Program-made: the position numbers and the translations under genes
Source: a virus
DNA: 64,000 nt
Strand: one strand, 5' to 3'
Virus record (IMG/VR): IMGVR_UViG_3300032242_001192
Span: 8,166-72,165 of that record
Part shown: piece after piece, positions 58,424 to 64,000 of the stretch
Layout: the number at the start of each line of letters is the position of its first letter
Numbering within the stretch: position 1 is the first letter of the stretch
The notes under the pieces: generated by a model
The model's database searches: none
What the model saw: the letters and a program-made list of their open reading frames with translations, nothing else
Told to the model about the DNA's origin: nothing

Positions 58424-59061
58424 AAAAAATTATATCATTCAGTTTGTGGGGAGATAATCCCAAATATTGTGTAGGTGCTATTCGTAATGCGCAACTAGCA
58501 CAAATACATTTTCCAGAATGGGAATGTAGATTTTATTGTGGAAGAGATGTTCCGGGTATCTATATATCAGCATTGAATGCTTTTGATAATACTTCTGTTA
58601 GGATAAGATCTAAAGATGATTTTACCTTTGGGGCATTCTGGAGATTTGAAGCAATGGAACCTGAGACTATTGTTATATCTCGGGATTGTGATTCGAGATT
58701 GTCTGCAAGAGAACGACAAATTGTAGATGAATGGATTGTCTCAGATAGTCGGTTGTCAGTAATACGAGATCACATTAACCATTATGAATTCCCTATACTT
58801 GCAGGTATGTGGGGACTAAAGAATGGTTTAGACACCGAAATGATAAAAGGTTTGCCTAAGTATAATAATAATCATACTTATCTAATGGATCAATATTGGT
58901 TAAGAGATTTAGTCTGGCCTAGATTAGAACACGTTTCTATGGTACACGGTATAAAAGAAACAATGTGGATGCGAAATACCTATCAATCTATAGGGAAAGA
59001 TTTTATAGGGCAAACATATGATGCTAACGATATTCCTGTATATGATCAAGCACTATCATGA
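58420..59061 (+). CDS. Putative glycosyltransferase
   Basis: ISFSLWG..Y..GA..N, FWRF, SRDCDSR, IRDH, ILAGMWG. Confidence 0.65.
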   Translation: MKKIISFSLWGDNPKYCVGAIRNAQLAQIHFPEWECRFYCGRDVPGIYISALNAFDNTSVRIRSKDDFTFGAFWRFEAMEPETIVISRDCDSRLSARERQIVDEWIVSDSRLSVIRDHINHYEFPILAGMWGLKNGLDTEMIKGLPKYNNNHTYLMDQYWLRDLVWPRLEHVSMVHGIKETMWMRNTYQSIGKDFIGQTYDANDIPVYDQALS

Positions 59062-59750
59062 AACAAAAAATTGTAGTACATCACCATACTGGTCTAGGAG
59101 ACCACTTCATATGTAATGGATTAATTCATTCATTATTGGAACACTATTCTATTGACTTAATTTGCAAAAGACATTATAATAAGACTGTGAAACATTTATA
59201 TGAAGACTTCGAAGATGTAAATATTATTCCTGTGGACAATGAAGAACAGGATGTTTTGAAATACATTCAAGAAACAAATTACCCTTTGATGCGAGTTGGA
59301 TTTGAAAAAACAGATTATGACAACTTTGAGGAATCGTTTTATATAACATCTGGTGTAGATCCTGATGCTGAATATGATAAATTTGTTTTACCTAAACGAT
59401 TAGATGATTCTTGGAAATGGTATGAGAATTTAAAAACAAAGATAGGTGAAAATTATATCTTTGTTCATGATGCAAGTACATATGGAACATTTGATCTTAA
59501 GATAGATTCAAAGTTACCAAGACATACTGCAGTTAAAGAAGATACAGATGATGTTTTAGATTATGTAGATGCAATCTGTTTTGCTAAGGAAGTTCATGTT
59601 ATTAACAGTGGTCTTAATAATTTAGTATTTCAATTGTATTATAAAAATATGACAAGAGGTAAAATCTTTTATCACAATGCAAGAAAACTTAATCTTGGTG
59701 GTATCCCAGTTAAAGTCCCTGAGGGAATACAGGTAGTTGAATATGAGTAA
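59058..59750 (+). CDS. Putative GT-B glycosyltransferase
   Basis: HHTGLGDHFICNG, YIFVHD, AKEVHVINS. Confidence 0.6.
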   Translation: MKQKIVVHHHTGLGDHFICNGLIHSLLEHYSIDLICKRHYNKTVKHLYEDFEDVNIIPVDNEEQDVLKYIQETNYPLMRVGFEKTDYDNFEESFYITSGVDPDAEYDKFVLPKRLDDSWKWYENLKTKIGENYIFVHDASTYGTFDLKIDSKLPRHTAVKEDTDDVLDYVDAICFAKEVHVINSGLNNLVFQLYYKNMTRGKIFYHNARKLNLGGIPVKVPEGIQVVEYE

Positions 59751-60477
59751 ACGAGTAACAGTAATAACACCAACAACAGGTTCTGATTATCTAAAACAAA
59801 ATGTGGATTCTGTTTTAAAACAGACATATGATAATGTAGAACATCTTGTAGTTATAGATGGTCCTGAATTTCAAGCAAAGGCATTTAAGCAATTAGATAT
59901 ACAAGAAGCATCTGCAACTGTAGTAACTTTACCGCATAACACTGGGCATAGCCAATATAATGGACATAGAATTTATGGTTCATTTCCATATCTAGTTGAT
60001 TCTGACTATGTAATGTTTTTAGATGAGGATAATTATATTGATCCAAAGCATATAGAAACATTAGTTGAAGTTTGTGAAACAAATGATTGGGCATTCTCAT
60101 TAAGAAAAATTATAGACAAAGATAGCAATTATGTTTGTCTTGATGATTGTGAGAACTTAGGTAAGTGGCCTACATGCTTAAGTGAACAAGAACTTTTTGT
60201 AGATGTAGGTGCATACTTTTTACCTACATCTATTGCGATTCAAATATCTCCTCTTTGGTATCGTAGAGCCAGACATCCGGACGAACAACCTGAGGTAGAT
60301 CGTATTATTATGCAAGTACTCTTACAGCATGGGTTTACATACGATACAAATGGTATGTATACTTTAAATTATAGAGTTGGTAATAGAGAAGATTCAGTGA
60401 AAGCCGACTTCTTTAGATGGGGTAATGGATTGATGGAAAAGAAATTTAAGGATGGATACCCATGGAGAAAGAAATAA
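59743..60477 (+). CDS. GT2-family glycosyltransferase
   Basis: VITPT, SVLKQTY, VVIDG, FLDEDN. Confidence 0.85.
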   Translation: MSKRVTVITPTTGSDYLKQNVDSVLKQTYDNVEHLVVIDGPEFQAKAFKQLDIQEASATVVTLPHNTGHSQYNGHRIYGSFPYLVDSDYVMFLDEDNYIDPKHIETLVEVCETNDWAFSLRKIIDKDSNYVCLDDCENLGKWPTCLSEQELFVDVGAYFLPTSIAIQISPLWYRRARHPDEQPEVDRIIMQVLLQHGFTYDTNGMYTLNYRVGNREDSVKADFFRWGNGLMEKKFKDGYPWRKK

Positions 60478-60749
60478 ACTACAAATACAATGAAGGTGCT
60501 CTTCTTAAAGAGTTTAAAGAATATATCGACGCCACTTACGGCGAACATTATTCAATGAATAAATTTCAGGCGACTGAATTTATTATTGATAATGGACACG
60601 GTGTCGGTTTTACCGTTGGGAACGTAATGAAGTATGCCCAAAGATACGGAAAGAAAGCCGGAAGGAATAGACAAGATATACTAAAGGTGTTACACTATGC
60701 TTTAATGCTTTTATATACGCATGACATTGAAACTAAGGAGATTAAATAA
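60462..60749 (+). CDS. DUF3310-like conserved phage protein
   Basis: TYGEHY, GNVMKYAQRYGKK, DILKVLHYA. Confidence 0.75.
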   Translation: MEKEINYKYNEGALLKEFKEYIDATYGEHYSMNKFQATEFIIDNGHGVGFTVGNVMKYAQRYGKKAGRNRQDILKVLHYALMLLYTHDIETKEIK

Positions 60750-61405
60750 TGCAGATCAGTAAAGAGACGATTGATACCCTAAAGAATTTTGCTGCTATTA
60801 ACAGTAACATTCTTATCAGAAAGGGTAATACCTTATCCACAATTAGTACAGCGAAAAACATTTTTGCTAAAGCTACGGTTGCTGAGAACTTCCCTGAAGA
60901 AGTAGCAATCTATGATTTGAATTCGTTGTTGGCTTTGCTAACACTTATGGAAAATCAAAATGTAGAATTTGGTGAGAAGAGTTTAACAATTTCTAAAGAC
61001 TCAGGTAAATTTGAATATTTCTATTCTAGCCCTACAGTTATTGTTGCGGCACCTACAAAGGATATTGAAGTAGATACACACTATGAGTTTAAGTTAACCG
61101 CAGAAGATGTTAACATGATTATGAAAGCGGCAGCTATTACTGGCGCACCAACTATCACAATCTCAAGTAAAGGTGACGATGTTACTTTGACTATCGGTGA
61201 TAAGAAAAATGATACAGCAAATACCTATAAGAAAGTTATCGGTAAATCTGAACACACTTTTGATTGCCACATGGCAGTTGAAAACTTCAAGATTATTCCT
61301 GACGCTTATACAGTAACAGTATCAAAGAAAAAGGCATTCCAATTTAAACATGCAACAAAACCATTGGGTTATTTTATCGCAATGGAACCAGATTCGGTGG
61401 TGTAA
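60749..61405 (+). CDS. gp45: Sliding clamp gp45
   Basis: LKNFAAINSNI, IYDLNSLL, YFIAME. Confidence 0.93.
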   Translation: MQISKETIDTLKNFAAINSNILIRKGNTLSTISTAKNIFAKATVAENFPEEVAIYDLNSLLALLTLMENQNVEFGEKSLTISKDSGKFEYFYSSPTVIVAAPTKDIEVDTHYEFKLTAEDVNMIMKAAAITGAPTITISSKGDDVTLTIGDKKNDTANTYKKVIGKSEHTFDCHMAVENFKIIPDAYTVTVSKKKAFQFKHATKPLGYFIAMEPDSVV

Positions 61406-61406
61406 T

Positions 61407-61592
61407 ATGCAAGCAAATTTTTATGTACCTAGACGTGAGTATATTGCTGTTCTTCGTAATGAAGTTGAAACACTAAAGCGTTATTATTACAAACCAATGG
61501 AAGAGGGCACAGGACATTTTAATACAGCAATTTCTGTATTAGAACAACGTATTAATGAACTTGATACTGTCCCAGATGCAACAACAGCTTGA
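61407..61592 (+). CDS. Hypothetical protein
   Basis: ATG 61407; GTGHFNTAISVLEQRI. Confidence 0.6.
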   Translation: MQANFYVPRREYIAVLRNEVETLKRYYYKPMEEGTGHFNTAISVLEQRINELDTVPDATTA

Positions 61593-61914
61593 AATTAAAT
61601 TCTTCTATCCTCTAACGGAGCAAATTCCGTTAGAGTTAGATTTCACTCCTAGTGAACAGTGGGTCGCTGAGTTTAGAAAGAAACAATGGAACCATAACAC
61701 AGTTTCATTTGATGGGAATTACTTAGTTAGTAGCGGCACAGGTACTATCGGTTGGAATCAACCTACTTCCTTTGTTGTGAAGACTTCTACAAAGAATGTT
61801 GGTAAATGGCAAATCACAGACGGTATGTTTGTGTATAGACCTACTAAACCAAATACCATCATCAGGTTTATGGCCAAGTATCTTCTTGGCTTTAAATGGC
61901 ATGATGAAATTTAA
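61576..61914 (+). CDS. Hypothetical protein
   Basis: ATG 61576; C-terminal KPN..RF..LLGFKW. Confidence 0.55.
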   Translation: MQQQLEIKFFYPLTEQIPLELDFTPSEQWVAEFRKKQWNHNTVSFDGNYLVSSGTGTIGWNQPTSFVVKTSTKNVGKWQITDGMFVYRPTKPNTIIRFMAKYLLGFKWHDEI

Positions 61915-61932
61915 TTATATTATGAGGTTATT

Positions 61933-62874
61933 ATGGATTATCGTGAAAATGAATTTTTGTGGGTTGAAAAATATCGCCCTCGCAAATTAGATGACTGTAT
62001 CTTGCCCGCAGACCAAAAGACAATCTTTCAAGAAATGTTGTCTAAGGGTGAGATTCAGAACATGCTATTATGTGGTGGGGCAGGTATGGGTAAGACCACA
62101 GTTGCCCGAGCATTATGTGAAGAACTAGAAACAGATTATATCATCATTAACGGTTCAGAAGAATCTGGTATTGATGTTCTTCGTACAAAGATTAAACAGT
62201 TTGCATCTACTGTATCATTCAGCGGTAAGCCAAAGGTTGTAATTTTAGACGAGGCAGATTATCTTAATCCTAATTCTACACAACCCGCCTTGAGAGCATT
62301 CATTGAAGAGTTCTCAGCAAATTGTAGATTTATTCTTACTTGTAACTTTAAGAATCGAATCATTCCTCCTCTACATTCTCGTACTGCGGTATTTGAATTT
62401 AAATTACCTAAGGCCGATAGACCAAAGATTGCGGCAGCTTTCTTCAAGCGTGTTACTGAGATTATGCAAATCGAAAAGATTGAGGCAGACGGTAAAGTAA
62501 TCGCAAAGGTAATTGAAAAGCACTTCCCTGATTATAGACGTGTTCTAAATGAATTGCAACGATACTCAGCTTCAGGAAAGATTGACGAAGGCATCTTTGT
62601 TAATCTTGGCGAATCGAACATGCAAGAACTAATCTCTTCTTTGAAAGAAGGGGATTGGAAAAAGATGCGTACATGGGTTGTTAATAATATTGATAATGAT
62701 CCTGGAACAATCTTTAGAAAATTGTATGATACTTTAACCGATCATGTCAAACAGGTTCCTCAGTTGGTCTTGTTGCTAGCAGACTATCAATATAAATCTG
62801 CATTCTGCGCTGACCAAGAGATTAATCTAGTTGCTTGCTTAACTGAGATTATGGCAGCGGTAGAATTTAAATGA
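61933..62874 (+). CDS. gp44: Clamp loader large subunit gp44
   Basis: LWVEKYRP, GMGKTT, ILDEAD, FPDYRR. Confidence 0.97.
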   Translation: MDYRENEFLWVEKYRPRKLDDCILPADQKTIFQEMLSKGEIQNMLLCGGAGMGKTTVARALCEELETDYIIINGSEESGIDVLRTKIKQFASTVSFSGKPKVVILDEADYLNPNSTQPALRAFIEEFSANCRFILTCNFKNRIIPPLHSRTAVFEFKLPKADRPKIAAAFFKRVTEIMQIEKIEADGKVIAKVIEKHFPDYRRVLNELQRYSASGKIDEGIFVNLGESNMQELISSLKEGDWKKMRTWVVNNIDNDPGTIFRKLYDTLTDHVKQVPQLVLLLADYQYKSAFCADQEINLVACLTEIMAAVEFK

Positions 62875-63158
62875 TAGATATTTTTCAACCTACTTTACAA
62901 TGGATTAAAGATGATTTCGCTTCTAACAGATTTCGCTTTCTTATTGAGTGCTGTGCTTGGGCTATTAGTGTTGGCTGTAGTATCACAATGGCAGTCACAG
63001 TCCCTAATCCCCCTCTTATTGTATTATACCCTATCTGGATTAGTGGTTGTGCTATGTATGCTTGGGCTAGTTGGACTAGGAAATCATTTGGCATGCTTGC
63101 TAACTACATCCTGCTTACTTCCATAGATACAATTGGTTTGATTAGGATGGTACTATGA
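62871..63158 (+). CDS. Small multi-pass membrane protein
   Basis: About three hydrophobic segments; ATGA coupling to gp44 and gp62. Confidence 0.65.
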   Translation: MIDIFQPTLQWIKDDFASNRFRFLIECCAWAISVGCSITMAVTVPNPPLIVLYPIWISGCAMYAWASWTRKSFGMLANYILLTSIDTIGLIRMVL

Positions 63159-63598
63159 GTTTATTCGGAGATCCTGTAGAGAAAATTGTAGAGATTCCAT
63201 ACAAGGCTCCTGCAATTTCCCCCTTTGATTTTATTAACGCAATTCATCATAGTAAAGAAAATCTAATAGTTGACGATTGGTCTGAGAAACAGTATAATCC
63301 CTATATCATAAACAAGGGATTATCATATGGTCACGATACGGTAATCGCGGCAAATGAGATGAATTCTCGCCCTCACATAGATAAACTGCTACAATTTCAG
63401 TTTCTTATAAATATCATTAGGCCTAAGAAAAGATTCAATAAATGGATCAAGGCTGAGAAAATCGATGATTTGGAAATTGTAAAAGAATACTATGGATACA
63501 GCACAGAAAAAGCCAAACAAGTACTCCCACTTCTAAATGATTCGGTTATTAAAGAATTAAGAATAAGAATAACAAAAGGTGGTAAGAATGAGTACTGA
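63155..63598 (+). CDS. gp62: Clamp loader small subunit gp62
   Basis: YNPYIINKGLS, ANEMN, KRFNKW, YYGYSTEKA, KGG. Confidence 0.93.
   Translation: MSLFGDPVEKIVEIPYKAPAISPFDFINAIHHSKENLIVDDWSEKQYNPYIINKGLSYGHDTVIAANEMNSRPHIDKLLQFQFLINIIRPKKRFNKWIKAEKIDDLEIVKEYYGYSTEKAKQVLPLLNDSVIKELRIRITKGGKNEY
63406..63413 (+). promoter_or_regulatory. T4-type late promoter inside gp62, upstream of regA
   Basis: TATAAATA. Confidence 0.6.
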
Positions 63599-64000
63599 TA
63601 TAATCTCTATTGATTTTCCGGGGTATCATCCTCTGGAAGTCATACTCGCTGAGCCCGACGATTTTTTAAAGGTACGCGAAACTTTGACAAGAATTGGTGT
63701 AGCATCTCGTAAAGATAAAACACTATTTCAATCTTGTCATATACTACATAAGCAAGGCCGATATTTCATTGTTCATTTTAAAGAATTGTTTGCGTTAGAT
63801 GGCAAGTCCGCAGATCTAACAGACAACGATTTACAGCGCAGAAACACAATTTCAAAATTATTGGTTGATTGGGGATTGATTAAAATTAATAATCCTGATT
63901 ATTTTACCGATTACGCTCCACTATCCCAAATCAAAGTAATTTCTCATAAAGAAAAAAATGAGTGGGCATTGGAAACAAAGTATAATATTGGTAAGAAAAA
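63588..64000 (+). CDS. regA: Translational repressor RegA (stop lies beyond the window; absent from ORF track)
   Basis: Hand translation: PDDFLKVRETLTRIGVAS..QSCHILHKQGRYFIVHFKELFALDG..KYNIGKK. Confidence 0.95.
   Translation, partial: MSTDIISIDFPGYHPLEVILAEPDDFLKVRETLTRIGVASRKDKTLFQSCHILHKQGRYFIVHFKELFALDGKSADLTDNDLQRRNTISKLLVDWGLIKINNPDYFTDYAPLSQIKVISHKEKNEWALETKYNIGKK

Larger units (their letters stand above)
1..64000 (+). mobile_element. Segment of a lytic T4-like myophage genome
   Basis: Syntenic T4 core genes gp13-gp23, gp3, uvsY, uvsW, gp55, gp47, gp46, gp45, gp44, gp62, regA; TATAAATA late promoters; dense single-strand coding. Confidence 0.98.

Noticed and set aside
1-64000. tRNA genes
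   Set aside because: No cloverleaf or T-loop signature seen in the few intergenic gaps; tRNAscan-SE would confirm

Overview
This window is a 64-kb, AT-rich segment of a large T4-like myophage genome, with essentially all genes on the + strand. It carries no photosynthesis genes, tRNAs, CRISPR or integrase that I can see. Gene order: (1) baseplate/tail-fibre region with a split VrlC/DUF4815-type protein and a Gly-X-Thr collagen fibre (1-14629); (2) conserved T4 neck-terminase-tail-head block gp13-gp23 and gp3 (14652-29438), with TATAAATA late promoters; (3) uvsY, uvsW and gp55; (4) a 7-deazaguanine DNA-modification island (33416-42230) with queE, folE, queD, a TGT-like dpdA and a QueD-like DpdL candidate, no queC/queF in the window, and interleaved with two GT-B glycosyltransferases, galE, a class-I glutamine amidotransferase and a DEDDh exonuclease; (5) gp47/gp46, a 2OG-Fe(II) oxygenase and a VWA + MoxR AAA pair; (6) a ~9.6-kb GDP-fucose/colitose and glycosyltransferase island; (7) gp45, gp44, gp62 and regA (truncated). 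Best leads: a possible sugar-decorated 7-deazaguanine hypermodification; a preQ1-I-like pseudoknot directly upstream of queD, downstream of a perfect internal sigma70 promoter; an antisense early promoter between gp13 and gp14; and a phage-encoded ColD-type (colitose) pathway. All product calls come from motif recognition by eye; no database searches were run.
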